Positions 25,547-40,181 of a DNA stretch of 64,000 nucleotides are shown here, one piece after another; position 1 is the stretch's first letter, and each line of letters starts with the position of its first letter. Position numbers and translations under genes: made by a program. This DNA comes from Octopus sinensis. Taxonomy: Eukaryota. Location of the stretch: positions 131,440,001 through 131,504,000 of the forward strand of contig NC_043001.1 in the NCBI RefSeq assembly GCF_006345805.1, written 5' to 3'. The notes under the pieces were generated by a model. That model was given only the letters and a program-made list of their open reading frames with translations. It did not search any database and was not told the DNA's origin.

Positions 25547-26173
25547 CATATATGAATAAATATATATATGCATATTTGCACCTGAGCACTGTATGCAATA
25601 CTTTCGAATATTATTGCTTTTTACATGCACATATATATGCATACATAAGTGTCTACACACACACATACATATACAGACACACTCATATATAAATGCATGT
25701 TTACACACACACACATGTATATATACACACACCTACAAACATACTTATGATGATGAAGAGAATTTTTCTGTATCAGTTTGATTTGGTATATGTGTGAGTG
25801 TGTTGTATTTTGTTGGCTAATTTAAAAATGCATCTAAACATTTAAGCTACTGAAAAATAATAAAAATAAGCAACCACAACAAAGCAGTGGAGAATGCAGT
25901 GCTGTTGGTGAGGTTGGTGGGGAAGATGATTACAACAAAAGCATCAGCTATGTAGATATTGATGTTGATGATGATGATGATGATGTTAATAATAATTTAC
26001 CTGCAAAGGGATCAACTGAGTGTAAACTATTTGATAAGTTATATTTCATATTTCAATCCTAAACCACCCAACACTTAGACTTATTCACTCCCATGAAAAC
26101 TAAAAGACATGTATCTATTAATGCACAAATCTTAGGATACACAGGCCTTTACACATGCCTATGGATTCCTTAA

Positions 26174-26394
26174 CCCTTTAGTGTTTGCCTTATTCTGCCA
26201 AAACTAATGCTTTTTTATCCACATTGTTTTGAACTAATCATGCATTATCTTGTAGTTATGAGATTTTGATGAGGTAGTTGTTAATTTTTAAGATGATATT
26301 GTAGGGTTGGTGTAAGAGACCAGATATGGCCAGTTTGAACATAGAACAAGCAGAATACTTTTGGCTGGATATGGCCGGTTTAAATGCTAAAGGG
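26174..26394 (+). mobile_element. piggyBac-type MITE, family 2 (221 bp)
   Basis: TTAA at 26170-26173 and 26395-26398; TIR CCCTTTAG../..CTAAAGGG; second copy at 39963. Confidence 0.85.
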
Positions 26395-26640
26395 TTAAAC
26401 TGTGTGCATATTTGAAGTACACAAACACACACATGCTCATAGACAGTCATAAATTCCTAAATTGGCAGATATATTAATAATATAATAATAAAATGCACAT
26501 TCATGCACACACATACATGCACAAATACCTACAATTACATTCACAACATGTACAAAACAAAACAAAAATCATTCACATGCATACAAATATAAACTCACAG
26601 GTTTAAATCTCCTATATTTATACTATGCAATTCTTAAAAG

Positions 26641-26821
26641 CACATAAAAAGCACCCACTACACTCACGGAGTGGTTGGCGTTAGGAAGGGCATCCAGCCG
26701 TAGAAACTCTGTCAGATCAGACTGGAGCCTGGAGCAGCCCCTGGCTTCCCAGACCCCGGTCGAACCGTCCAACCCATGCTAGCGCGGAAAACGGACGTTA
26801 AACGATGATGATGATGATGAT
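26641..26821 (+). mobile_element. SINE-like repeat, family A
   Basis: Same body, with (GAT)n tail. Confidence 0.85.
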
Positions 26822-27261
26822 GCACTCGCCAAGTTCATTGAGAAGAGCACCCTACTGCTCTTCTTTAATAACACTGGGCAGGCAATTTTCCTGTTTGGTG
26901 GCTATGGTGAAAGAGGTTATATTAAATGAAATTAAATAATGATTAAAATGATAGAATGCAAAAATTTTTAATTATTCATTAGTTACAGGCACATTAAGCA
27001 ACAATGATTAAAATAAGCTGTGTACATTTATATTTAACATGTTCATTTACACTCAAATATGGGAAAACTTCCACTGAGAAAAGAAATTTTTCCTATTTGT
27101 ATTACTTATATGCCCTTATTTTCATGTCCCCTTTCTTTTTACTCATCATCACATTTCATTATATTATAGCTCTAATCATTAATTCATTCCATTTTTACCA
27201 AACTTTGCAAAATACTTTGCATGGAAAAAATATTTTCATATTTGCGAGTTATCTAAAATGC

Positions 27262-27475
27262 CAAGCTGGCGGAATCGTCAGCATGTTAGACAAAATACTT
27301 CACAGCATTTTTTCTGGTACTTTACAGTCTGAGTTCAAAGTCCACCATAGTTGATTTTGCCTTTCATCCTTTTGAGGCCAGTAAAATAAGTACCAGGCAT
27401 GCACTGGGGTCAATGTAATAAAGTTCCCCCATCCTGCTAAGATTTCACACCTTTTGCTCATAGGAGGCAGGATTA
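27262..27475 (+). mobile_element. MetaSINE-like SINE (diverged)
   Basis: agctggcggaatcgtcagc head; ttgattttgcctttcatccttttgaggccagtaaaataagtaccagg central domain. Confidence 0.6.
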
Positions 27476-27525
27476 TATTTGTGAGTTAAGCACAACTAAA
27501 AAATCATTATTAAATACATGTATAA

Positions 27526-27914
27526 GTGCAGGAGTGGCTGTGCAGTAAGTAGCTTGCTTACGAACCAAATGGCTCTGGGTTCAGTCCCACTGTGTGGCAT
27601 CTTGGGCAAGTGTCTTCTGCTATAGCCTCGGGCTGACCAAAGCCTTGTGAGTGGATTTGATGGACGGAAGCTGAAGGAAACCTGTTGTCTATGTGTGTGC
27701 GTGTGTGTGCCTGTCTTTGTCCACCCCCCTATCATCGCTTGACAACCAATGCTGGTGCATTTATGTTCCCTGTAACTTAGCAGTTCAGCAAAAGAGACCA
27801 ATAGAATAAGTACTCAGCTTACAAAGAATTAAGTCCTGGGGGTTGATTTGCTCGATTAAAGGCAGTGCTCCAGCATGGCCATAGTCAAATGACAAACAAA
27901 TAAAAGAATAAAAG
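27526..27914 (+). mobile_element. CORE-type SINE (OR2-like)
   Basis: Shared head and body with the other copies. Confidence 0.85.
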
Positions 27915-28308
27915 GATATACATGCATGTATATACATAAACGCATACATGCATCAAAACACATGCCAACAACCACATGTGCATGTGTATATACATACACA
28001 TGCATACATGAATAGAGTGCATACATACATTTATACAGTCACTCACATCAATACACATTGGTAACCTGAAACTGATACCACTCATTTACTGGGTAGAAAT
28101 TGTTTTATCTAAGGACTAACTGCAATTGAAAGAAGGCACAAGAAGTATGTTATATTTGGGACACTGATACACATACACTAATACTATATATATATATATA
28201 TACACACATATACATACATATATATATATATTAATAAATAAAACATATGCATATATATAAACATATATGTACGTACCTACCTCTACATGTACATATACAC
28301 GCATATAT

Positions 28309-28476
28309 GAGTACAGGACACCAAAAAGATGTCGAACACAATGAGAAACGAAAACATAGACACAAACCCAAGGAACTGGACATTTTTTTAAACAACAAAA
28401 AATAGAGTACAGGACAATTAACACAAAGAAAAAAACCCTTTCTTCAGTCGCTATGGTTTCATCTACTCTACGTTTC

Positions 28477-28479
<3 letters not shown>
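28309..28479 (-). mobile_element. (TA)n-embedded short element starting with a hammerhead 3' half
   Basis: Minus strand begins TTC-GAAA-CGT-A-GAGTAG directly after (TA)n; resembles 15496-15610. Confidence 0.4.
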
Positions 28480-28518
<39 letters not shown>

Positions 28519-28683
28519 TCATTCTAACATCCACTTTCTCATGCTAGTAAGGGGCAAGACAGGATTCATTCACCAAGGCAGATTTTCTATGGCTAGATAC
28601 CCTTATATACATATCTATACATACTCAGATACATATATAATACAAACACAAGTACACATGTGTATGCATGTATATACATGTGT

Positions 28684-28731
<48 letters not shown>

Positions 28732-28788
28732 TTTCATGTTTGTTCCTCACTGCTTTACAAACTGTTGATTTATTTATATCTCTTATTT

Positions 28789-28932
28789 ATAATAATAATA
28801 AAAAACATTGTGTATAGTGCTCAGGTACACTACAACTTATCTAAAGTGTATGTATAATCAGGTGTAGTTTCAGCGGATTTCGGAAAGCATGAGGGCCTTA
28901 AAGGATGCAGTGTCATGGCAGTCAACAACTGA
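28789..28932 (-). mobile_element. CR1-type LINE 3' fragment
   Basis: Matches 56490-56630 (end of ORF2 plus 3' UTR) with a (TTA)n tail. Confidence 0.8.
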
Positions 28933-29612
28933 GCTCTAAGTTCAGCAAAGGAGAGTGATAAAATAAGTTCCAGACTCAAAAAGTATAGGGAAGCACTGGG
29001 ATCAATTTGATTTACTAAATCCTTGCAGATAGTGCCTCAGCATGACCACTGTCCCAATCATTTAAACAAGTATACATAGATGCACACATGTACATACACA
29101 CACGTACCAAGTTTAATATGCATTTACACACACACACACAAATTGTGATGTATCAATTTCATTTAGTCTTATTTTTTCTATGTGCATTGATTGGTAGAGA
29201 CAAAATCTAAGGGGTAGACTTGGTTATTATAATTTGTTTACTAACATTCTATATATAACAATAAAAGGCTTGTTAATAATTAACCTAAGCTTCTGGGCCT
29301 TAATGAAGCTATCGATACTTGCTACCCAAGAGATACCCACACCCTACCAACACCCTGCTGCTGCTGCTGCTGCTGCTACTGCTTCCATTTCTGCTGTGTT
29401 CCAGGCTTGCTCTTAGGCAAAAAGAAAAACAACAAAGGAAAGAAACATGCCATTATGTAAATCAAAAAATGTTATATAAAAATGAAACAAAAAACAAAAT
29501 TTATTTTTTTAGAAAATGGTTTGCATTAATGATTTGGTATGTAATATCCTGCTATGGATGATTACATTTAAGTGCTGTAATCTGAGACCTGCTCCCTCAT
29601 ATTCTTCCTCTC

Positions 29613-29660
<48 letters not shown>

Positions 29661-30235
29661 TTCTTTTCTTCCTTTCATCCTCTCCCCCTCTTCCCCCCCT
29701 CTCTCTTTTTCTGCATACACACACACACACACACATACATAAGTATATTTTTATATTTCTTTCTTCCCTTCCCTTTTACCCTGTGTCTTCAACATTTTAT
29801 TTTTGCACACCCACCTGTGGTTGTGTGTGTGTGCATACATACATACACATACATATCTGCATATTAGAAATCTTCACACATAGATTCATACACCCACATG
29901 TACATATTTGTGTACTTCTATCTTTTTTACTCTTCTTTCCTTGTATTCCCCCCTTTTCTCATTTTTAGCCCTCTGTTTTTTTTTTTTTGTTTTATACTCA
30001 TTAGCCTCTATTTACATAGGTCCCTCTCTCTGTCTTTGTTTCTCTCCCTCAGCCGCCTCTCTCTATTACTCTTTCTATCTCTCTGTCTCTTTCTCTTTCT
30101 CTCTCTCTCTCTCTCTCTCAAACACCTTCCTTTCTTTGTTTTCCTCCCTCATTTCTTTTTTCCTATCTATTTTTTAAATGCTTTGCTCTCCTTCTCTGTT
30201 GCTTTAACCCCCTTCATCTCTGTTCTTGTCTGTAG

Positions 30236-30267
<32 letters not shown>

Positions 30268-30444
30268 TGACTATTTTCTGATTAACATAACACAACATTG
30301 CAGATGATTTGGGTAAACACAGTCTTTAAATTAATGTAATTAAATTTACTTCAATTTTTATTTTGTTGATGTTTATCTTAATGAAACAGTTGTTGAGTCA
30401 AATTAAAGTATGAAATTTAAGCTTTTCCACTTTTATGCTAAATG

Positions 30445-30660
<216 letters not shown>

Positions 30661-31146
30661 ATGGATGTACACTACTTATGTGTGTGTATGTAATTTGAGG
30701 AAATTCAGTTTTCATTCAGAGTTGTAATTGTCTTTCATATTTCTAATGCACTATTTCATATTATTTATGTATTCTTTATTTTGCTAATTTGTTCTTCTTG
30801 GATAAATTTTTGCATTTTAGCCTGGGTTTGTATCCATCGTGATCAACATATTCTCTAAAATGAAATTAAATGACCTTTGATATATGAGTTATTCTCATTG
30901 TTATCTCTTTTATGTTTCTGATGCTTCATTCATTAACCAAAACACATATTAACCAAAAATAGCTCAAATCTCTCCAAAAACCACTCATAGCAACCATTTA
31001 TCACCAACTCAACACTGTCAATTAAGAAAAAATTTCCTTTTCACGAGTGCAATTTTCAACTAAAATTGAAGTTCAACATGGGAAACTAAAGCTATATTAA
31101 TGATGAAATAACCTGGTGTTATTTTCTAACATTGATGCTGATGACA

Positions 31147-31284
31147 AATTGATGTGGCAACAAATTGACTGATAATGAATTGACTTGATGTCAAATTGAC
31201 CTGGCTATGAATTGACTAGTGATGAATGAATTGACTAACAAGAACTGCATTGACTGTTGATGAATTCACTGATAATGAATTGCC
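31147..31284. repeat. Spaced array of nine AATTGAC-like motifs
   Basis: Motifs at 31147, 31163, 31178, 31194, 31210, 31229, 31248, 31263 and 31278, with divergent spacers. Confidence 0.8.
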
Positions 31285-32238
31285 CTAGTGCTACATGTCT
31301 GTGTGTGTGTGTGTGTCTGTGTCTGTGCTTGTATCTATCTATCTATCTATCTATCTGTAACTTATATACATCTACACTCTCACACACACACACATACATT
31401 CACTTGCACATCACAAAAATGTATACATATCTGAAGCTTAATACGTGTATGTTTATACATGTATTTTGCTAATTACTTTTTTTTATAATTATGTGAGAAA
31501 ACTATACAAATTCAAAAATAAATATTAGGATGAATTCCTATTTCTCTACATGGATTTCTGGAACAAAAGTACCTGTGCGTATATGTATGTTTGTCGTATG
31601 TTTATAAGTCTAGACATAGTGTAGGAACATGTGCAGTTATGCCAATGTTCAACATTTTTTCACAGATACATTTTATTCATCCTATACTTTTCCACTTCTA
31701 TATCTGAAGCGAAGGATCTGATATATTATACCATAAGATCTCTAATTTAAACCTAACGCTTTATATTCCACCTTAAATTGTCTTAATGACATCATACTGT
31801 CCTCCTTATCAACATCATTTAATGCTTATCTTCCATGCTAGCATGGGTCGAATGATGTGATAGGACCTGGTGAACCAGAGAACTGCATCAAACTTTGGCA
31901 TGGGTTCTATGGCTGGATACCTGGCCTGATGCCAACCACTTTACAAAGTTACTGGATGCTTTTTGTACATGGCACTGGCATTTGTAAGGTCACCAAGTAA
32001 TATATGAGTATTTCATACACACACACACATATACATGCACATATATATGTAAGTATGTAGGTAAATTGATAGTTATAATGATAATAAAAATAATGGGTTT
32101 ATTGTATCATTGCCCAAGTGCAATACAACATTATGTGTTTGATATATTTTAATGCGTATTGTATATAATATGGATAAATACATTATATGCACACACACTC
32201 ACACATGTATGTATATATATGATATATACAAGTATATG

Positions 32239-32275
<37 letters not shown>

Positions 32276-33286
32276 TGTGAATTTGTATATATTATATAGG
32301 ATATACATACACACATAGATGCACACACATGTTTATACAGATAAGATATCATATGTATGTTCACAGTATATGTGCACGCTATGAATACAGTTAATTTTAA
32401 TAACTGGTTAATAATACAATTTTCGCATAATGATATTGTACTAAATATTAAAGAACAACGACTAAATTCAATTTTTTTTTAGTTTTTGTGAATTTTAATA
32501 GCATATTTAAAAAAAAATTATTTCAGGTCTCTACATGTGAGATGTGTGTGTGTGTGTATGTGTGTGTGTATGTGTGTGTGTGTGTGTGGTGTGTGTGTGT
32601 GTGTGTGTTGTGTTGTGTGTGTGCATAAGGGTGTATATGTGTATTACTTTCTGTATGTATGAAAGATTTTTCTTTCAGATTTTAAATTATTTCAACTTGC
32701 ATTGCAACTTGCTCATTAATTCCATTTTTACTTTTTAATTTTAACAGTATAATGACTCTAGAAATATAGGTGCATATTTTTTCATATTACATATATATAT
32801 ATATATATGTCCTTATATAGGTATATATGCATGTATATATATATGAATTTATACACACAAAATCACATTTATAGAATATACGTATAGAACTGTATATTAT
32901 ATTTGTGTCACTATATTATATATATATATTATATTATATCATATATATGTGTAGATGTATACAGCTATACATATATGTAAGTACAACTATATGCATATAT
33001 GAATATATGTGTGTATGTGTGTATATATGTACTTTGACATACTTGCTTGTATAAATATATATATATGTATTGATATATATACAACATATATATACATATA
33101 TATGAATGTATATATATATTTATACAAATATAAGTACATATAAATTTTTTAATTATACTTAACTATTTTATATTATACTTATATATATTGCATTATACTT
33201 ATGTATATGAGTATACACATTTTTGTGTATGACTTTGTTTTTTACACACCCGTCTTTGTCTTTTGTTTTTTTTTGTAAGTTCCAAC

Positions 33287-33324
<38 letters not shown>

Positions 33325-33907
33325 TACAAATATATATACATATATAAAGATCTATCTATATATACACACACAGATATATGTACATATAGTTGTGTATATT
33401 TATATTATACATGTATATATATATATATATATACACACAAACACACACACACTCACACACACATACACACACACACACATGCATATGCACTCTCTCACTT
33501 TATTCTGACTGTGTATTGGGTGTGTGTGCTTAATGTGTTTGAGAATGTGTTTCAAATTAGTTTGCTTTGTATAAAAAGAAAAAATATAAATATAAATGAA
33601 ATACAAATTAAAATACACATAGAGTACGTATAAAAAATAGGAATAATAATTAGAGAAAATTGTCTGAGGAAAGGAAAGCATAACTTATTTTTGCATAAAT
33701 TTCTTTTTTCTTATGTTTTTTTTTTTACATATTTTTTCTGGGTTGTTGGTAGTGAAAATGTCATTCCTTATGTTGAACATACATTGTTTTTATTTCAAAT
33801 TCATTTTAATTTAAATTTTACATAGAGGTTGATTTGAAGATTTCACTTTTAGGTCAATTGGTGTATGAGAAAATGGAGTGAATGTGTGTGTGTGTGTGTG
33901 TGTGTGT

Positions 33908-33939
<32 letters not shown>

Positions 33940-35010
33940 TTGAGAAAGAGAGAGATAGATAGAGAAGAAAGTGGAGAGGCATGGGGTGAATGTCATATTT
34001 TCAGATTCTGCAGGTTTTGCTCTGCAGTATCAGCAACTTATTTATAGTTTCCATGTGCATTCTCTGGCTCACAGCTGGTCTGAACTCTTTCCTTCTGCTG
34101 TGGAAGTGGTTACCATGATGACAATGAAAACACAATGATGATGATGAGGATCGTAGTGGTGATGGTGGCTGTGGCAGTTGTAGTGGTGGTAGTATCTTTT
34201 GTTTTATATATTTTAGTCACTAATCTGAGAAAGATTTTGGTAAGGAGGGGTATGGTGGGGTCACATTGCCTTATCCTACTTAAGCTGGGAGATAAAGATA
34301 AGCAGGTGAGTTAAATGCATGAAGATCTAAATAATGAGTATGATAATGATTTCTAGCATAGGCACAAAGCTATAAATTTGGAGGGGTGAGTGTGGTTGAT
34401 TATAATGGCTCCTGTACCTGTTGATACTTAATGTTATCTACCCCTAGAGGGATGAGAAGGCAAAGTCATTAACACCATAATAGAGAGAAAGGGATAAACG
34501 TGTGAGGTTTAACACATAATGATCAAAATAATAATAATAATGATGATTATAATTATAATAATGACATGATGGTTTGTGACATTGATAACAATAATAATCC
34601 TTTTTAATACAGGCACAAGGCCTGACATTTTGGAGGAAAAATAGTTGATTACATCAACCTCAGTAATTGAATGGTTCATATTTTATTGACACTGAAATGA
34701 TGAAGGATAAAGTTGGTTTTGGTGATATTTGAACTCAAAATGTAGAAGTGAAAGAAACGCAGCTAAAAATTTTGTCCTATGTGCTAATGATTCTGCCAGA
34801 TCACCATCTTAATGATAATAGCATTAAAGATAATGATTTATATAATTGGCACCAAGGCCTGAAAATGAAGGGGATGAAGTTGTGTTGATTAAATAGACCC
34901 CAGCTCTTAGTCGGTACTATATATTATTGACCCTGGAAGGGCAAAAGGCAAAGGTTATCTCAGCAGGATTTGAATTCAGAATGTAAAGGGACGCCATTAA
35001 ATAATAGTGG

Positions 35011-35046
<36 letters not shown>

Positions 35047-35909
35047 CTTTATTTGACATAAAGGCAGCACACAAAATATCTATACAAATTACTTTAGTTA
35101 CTCAGGGTAAAGTGTGTGCATGCATAAACACTTTTACAATATGCATGCATACTCATCAATTCTCATCAATTAACATCTGTGTTCCATGCTGGCATGGGTC
35201 AGACAGTTTGACAGGATTTAACAAGCCAGTGGACTACATTGAACTCTGATACCTGCTTTTGTATTAGGAAAGGCATCCAGCCTTTCTTAATGTCAGCTAC
35301 TTTATAGTGTGTACTGAGTGTTTTTTATCATGGCACTGGCACTAGTGAGGTTACCTAGTAGCTCACAAGATCTCTCAACTGAACAAGGATGTAGTTTTGA
35401 AGAAAGTGGTTTTGTACCAAGTGTTGAGAGGCTAAAATATGATAGTGGGATAGGAACAGGTGATGCATGACTACACCAATTATCGGTGTCAGGGCATACC
35501 CTCAAAGCAGATGAAGGTAGCTATAAGAGAGAATAGGGAAAGGGATTGAGGATGGGTGGAAGGATAGTACTGTGAGAATGTGAAAAGAGAGTGGAGATGT
35601 TTACATTTGGAGAAAGAGATTAAGCTGAGTAGAGATGAGCATGCGCAGTGGCAAACCACAGTTTGGAAATGAGGTAAAGGAAAATAGGAATGGGTCAGAG
35701 AGGTGGAGGGAATAAGTGAATGTACACAAAAGTGGGTGATAGAGAGTAACAGTATAATAAAATTGTAGATAGATGAGAAATAGGGAGATGAGGTGAAATG
35801 TGGGCAAGGTAAAAAAAAGATGCACAGTGATAAAGATGACAGTCAGAGGTATGCAGGGATGGATATAGTGCATGACAAACAGGTGGTGGTGATGGTGGGG
35901 GACATCAAA

Positions 35910-36142
35910 GGCGGCGAGCTGGCAGAATCGTTAGCACGCTGGGCGAAATGCTTAGCGGTATTTCGTCTGCCGTTACGTTCTGAGTTCAAATTCCGCCGTG
36001 GTTGACTTTGCCTTTCATCCTTTCAAGGTTGATAAATTAAGTACCAGTTACGCACTGGGGTCGATATAATCAACTTAATCTGTTTGTCAGTCCTTGTTTG
36101 TCCCCTCTGTGTTTAGCCCCTTGTGGGTAGTAAAGAAATAGG
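35910..36142 (+). mobile_element. Full-length MetaSINE-like tRNA-derived SINE with TSD
   Basis: ggcggcgagctggcagaatcgttagc...gagttcaaattcc head; central gactttgcctttcatcc...taagtaccag; ~19-bp flanking repeat tgatggtggggg..catcaa on both sides. Confidence 0.85.
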
Positions 36143-36345
36143 TATGATGGTGGGGGGGCATCAAGCTTAGATATAAGAAGTTGTGCAGGAGAATAGATAT
36201 AAGAAGGTATTCAATGGAAAATATAGAGGTAAGGGATGATACTGAGACTGCAGGATGGGTGACAAAGGAAGTGGTTCCAAGGAGAGATACAAGCAGTAGC
36301 ACAAAAGGACAGTGAAATATGTGCAGTTCTCATATATAATTACAG

Positions 36346-36620
36346 CAACTCTCGCCTGGCCCCCGTGCCGGTGGCACATAAAAAGCACCATCCGTTCGTG
36401 GTCGTTTGCCAGCTCTGTCTGGCACCTGTGCGGGTGGCACGTAAAAAGCACCCACTACACTCATGGAGTGGTTGGCGTTAGGAAGGGCATCCAGCCATAG
36501 AAACACTGCCAGATCAGACTGGGCCTGATGCAGCCTTCTGGCTTCACAGACCTCAGTTGAACCGTCCAACCCATGCTAGCATGGAAAACGGACGCTAAAT
36601 GGTGATGATGATGATGATGA
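36346..36620 (+). mobile_element. SINE-like repeat, family A (longer copy)
   Basis: Two gtggcac.taaaaagcacc units followed by the common 3' body and (GAT)n. Confidence 0.85.
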
Positions 36621-36789
36621 AGTAAATATGTCAGAAGTTAGGAGAGTAATGGAGTAATTGGAGTTAAGAAGATGGATTGTGGGGGGGGGGCTTGGCAGAG
36701 GAAGGCTTAGGTGCAAGGGTAGAGACAGAAGCAATATACTTTTGGAGCCTTATTTTTTGCTGAGATTGATGGTCCTTCTCAAGCACTGC

Positions 36790-36966
36790 ACATTGCCATC
36801 TTCTTGATCCTTTCTTATCTCCTCCATGGGGCTCAACAACCCGGGGTCAGTCATCACTACTTTGTCCTGTGTTTTCCCAGGTCTTTCTTTTCCATGGGTT
36901 CCATCCTCACGAAGTGATCAGTACCGTTTTATGCAGCTGTCCCCATCCATACACATTACATGACCA
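36790..36966 (-). mobile_element. RTE-like LINE ORF C-terminal remnant
   Basis: GHVMCMDGDSCIKRY*SLREDGTHGKERPGKTQDKVV fits the WYGHV.RM....G.R.RGRP.KTW pattern of RTE-type LINE C-termini. Confidence 0.55.
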
Positions 36967-37604
36967 TATTAGCACATTTGTATCAATTGTATCAACAATG
37001 TTACCAACAGGAACATCTGCAATTAACAATATTGATTATTTGATGGGGGTGCAAGGTCCAAATAAATAGTGATAATAATAGTGGTATATCTTATTTTATC
37101 CCAAAGAGAGAATCAAGCTTAAAAATGACAAAGCTACTGTAATAAACTTTTCTGGGGTGCACGCACACACACACATACACACACACACACACATAGAATA
37201 CCTGATACAAAAATTTTTAAAAATAACACTATAGACTGGCATAAATAATAGGTACTGTGTGTTTATGTATGTGTGTGTGTATGTATGTGTGTATATATAT
37301 ATGTGTGTGTGTATGTATATGTTTATATATATATGTATGTATGTATATATATATAAATATATATATATACACACACATTTACACTCCTAGCATCAATCAA
37401 CCTTCCTCAGTAATATAAACTCCTCATTTGAGGGGTCTTGTCTTGTGAGTTACTTGACGACTAGTACCAGTACCATGGAAAAAAATATTTAGTACACCTG
37501 ATAAAGTGGTTGACATTAGGAAAGGCATCCAGCCAAAGAAGCTGTACCAAAGAAGACATTGAAACTTAACACGATTCTCCTGTTGATTGTTATTAACAGA
37601 GATA

Positions 37605-37651
<47 letters not shown>

Positions 37652-37795
37652 CTTTGCCCTAGGAGTCGGGAAGACACTCGGCAAGAAATGGAAGCAAATT
37701 TGAAAGAAGAAAAAAAAAAAATAATAATAATAATAATAATAATAATGATGATGATGATGATGATGATGATGATAATAATAATAATAATAATAATA

Positions 37796-37868
<73 letters not shown>

Positions 37869-37869
37869 A

Positions 37870-39614
37870 ATTCACCAGCATGGTCTCTCTTCTTGTAACT
37901 ATTATATCCTCAAGTCGTGTCCTGAAGTTTCTCTGTTCCTCAGTCATATTCTCTTGTAATACAGGGTTTTCTACATTACATTGGTTGGCCAGCCTCTCCT
38001 CTACTACACCTTCACCTTGCCTACACATTCACTGATCTTCACCTACATTATTCGTTATAGCCTTGATCCCACTTTCTCTAGTCCTATGTAAAGTCAACAT
38101 GCACTATGAGCTTCGAAAGAATGGACCACATCTCAACCACCATGGATGATTTAAAACTGTTTGCAAAAGCAGAGCCTGAAATGGAGAGGCTGGTTGAGAT
38201 GGTGCAGATGTGCAGCAAGGATATAGGGATGGAATTCAGTACCTTGAAGTGTGCGGTGCTCACTTTGAAATGAGTTAACCCTTTTGTTACCAACCCGGCC
38301 AAAACCGGCTCTGGCTCTGAGTACAAATGTCTTGTTTTCATAAATTTTGAATTAAAATATTACACCAAAACTTAGTAACAGTTTATGTTCTGAACACTAC
38401 CTTAATGGTAACTAAGTTATTTTACTAAATTCTTTGTTATATTTAAAGTAATTGAAAGAAATACAGAGCATTTCAAAATAAATACAGTAACAAAAGGGTT
38501 AAAGAGCAGACTGTAGGGGCATAGAATTGTCAAATGGCGGAAGAATGGAAGACCCAGATGATGATGATGATGGGATCCTAGAGCTGGACAATATCTTGCA
38601 CACAGAAATGAAAGACAAGGTTATCACTGCATATTTTAAGCAACTGAAATTTCTCTTGAAATCAAAACTCAACTCAAAGAACCCTGTGACTGCCATCAAC
38701 ATATGGGCTATTTTTATAGTCCACTACAGTGCACCCATCCTGAAATGGTCACCAACTGGATCGCCCTACCCAAAAGACAATGACAATGCATGGTGCCCTC
38801 CACCCTATGGTGAATGTACACTACACAGGCTCTACATGAAGAGGGGTAAAGGTGGATATGGGCTGATGATTAGTATATGGGAGCACATCAACAGTCAAAG
38901 AAGAAATGTGGCAGAATATTTGGTAAACAGCAAACAAGACCTGCTTCTGAATGCTGCTAATGCATAAGGACCAAAAATGGACTTGAGAGTGCTCATGAAT
39001 TCTAATCATGAACAACCAGCAAGAGAGACATGACAAGGTAGCGCAACACCTTCACTGGCTACTATGCTAGAAGTATGGATATGAGGTAATGGGTGCTTGG
39101 TATCAACATACACTGTATGGTAATGAACGAAAAGAGGAAGGCAAAAATCCTCTGGGACTTTGACTTCCATACACAGACAAGGTGTTAGAGCACCGAAGGC
39201 TGGATATAATAACCTTTTAGGAGAAACAAACAAGAGTGCCTAATAATTGATGTGGCAGTGTCAGGAGGAGATCAACATATCATCATGAAAGAAAGAGAAA
39301 AGATTGATAAATATGGAAACCTGAGAATTGAGGTTGTTAAGATGTGGCAGCTTCGAGAGACAAGCATAACGGTTGTCCCTATTGTCATTGGAGCATTGGA
39401 TTCAATACCTTCCAACCTGAAAAAACACATCTGCAAACTATAGAAAATTCCCTATAATCTAGGTGTATTGCAAAAATCGGCAGTATTTGGAACCGCACGC
39501 ATATTGCATAAAGTATTGTTTGAGGTCCTTGTTGTGACTTGACAGACAGTACAAGTCCCCACCCTCACCATGGTAGACACAATATCTTCAATCAACAACA
39601 TCATGATATTGGAT
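37870..39614 (+). mobile_element. R4/Dong-type non-LTR retrotransposon remnant (RT plus REL endonuclease) within (TAA)n
   Basis: MDDLKLFAKAEPEMERLVEMVQMCSKDIGMEF (RT); LKSKLNSKNPVTAINIWA; RHDKVAQHLHWLLC; HRRLDII, IIDVAVS, EREKIDKY, VVPIVIGALDSI and LQKSAVFGTARIL (REL domain); many frameshifts; TAA/TTA runs on both flanks. Confidence 0.85.
38279..38498 (+). mobile_element. piggyBac-type MITE family 1 nested in the LINE RT region
   Basis: TTAA at 38275-38278 and 38499-38502; removing it rejoins RT-like sequence. Confidence 0.9.
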
Positions 39615-39650
39615 ATTATTATTATTATTATCATTATTATTATTATTATA

Positions 39651-39782
<132 letters not shown>

Positions 39783-39962
39783 TCCATGTTATGTACAAGG
39801 CTATTAATTTTGTGAAGTTTTTAGGATGTAGTTAATCAGAAGTAACAGTCATACCTTTTGCTTATCCAGAGGGCTCAACTGAGCAGTTATAATAAGGATG
39901 TTAGTGATGATGATGATGATGATGATGATGACGACGACGATGAATGGTATACATATGTTTAA

Positions 39963-40181
39963 CCCTTTAGTGTTCAGATTATTCTATCAAACATAATGCT
40001 TATTGATTCCCATTGATTTGAATTAATCATGCATTATCTCATATCTTCAAGATGTTGATGGTGTAATTTCTTAATGTAGAATAACATTGTAGGGTAGGTG
40101 TGAGAGCCTGGATCTGGTCAGTTTGAGTATAAAACAGATTAAATATTTTGGCCAGATATGGCCGGTTTAAATACTAAAGGG
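39963..40181 (+). mobile_element. piggyBac-type MITE family 2
   Basis: TTAA at 39959-39962 and 40182-40185; homologous to 26174-26394. Confidence 0.85.

Noticed and set aside
29404-29455. Possible exon (LLLGKKKNNKGKKHAI) that would bridge phases between 21402 and 43861
   Set aside because: Low-complexity A-rich sequence with only a moderate donor (gtaaat); the phase fit is easily due to chance.
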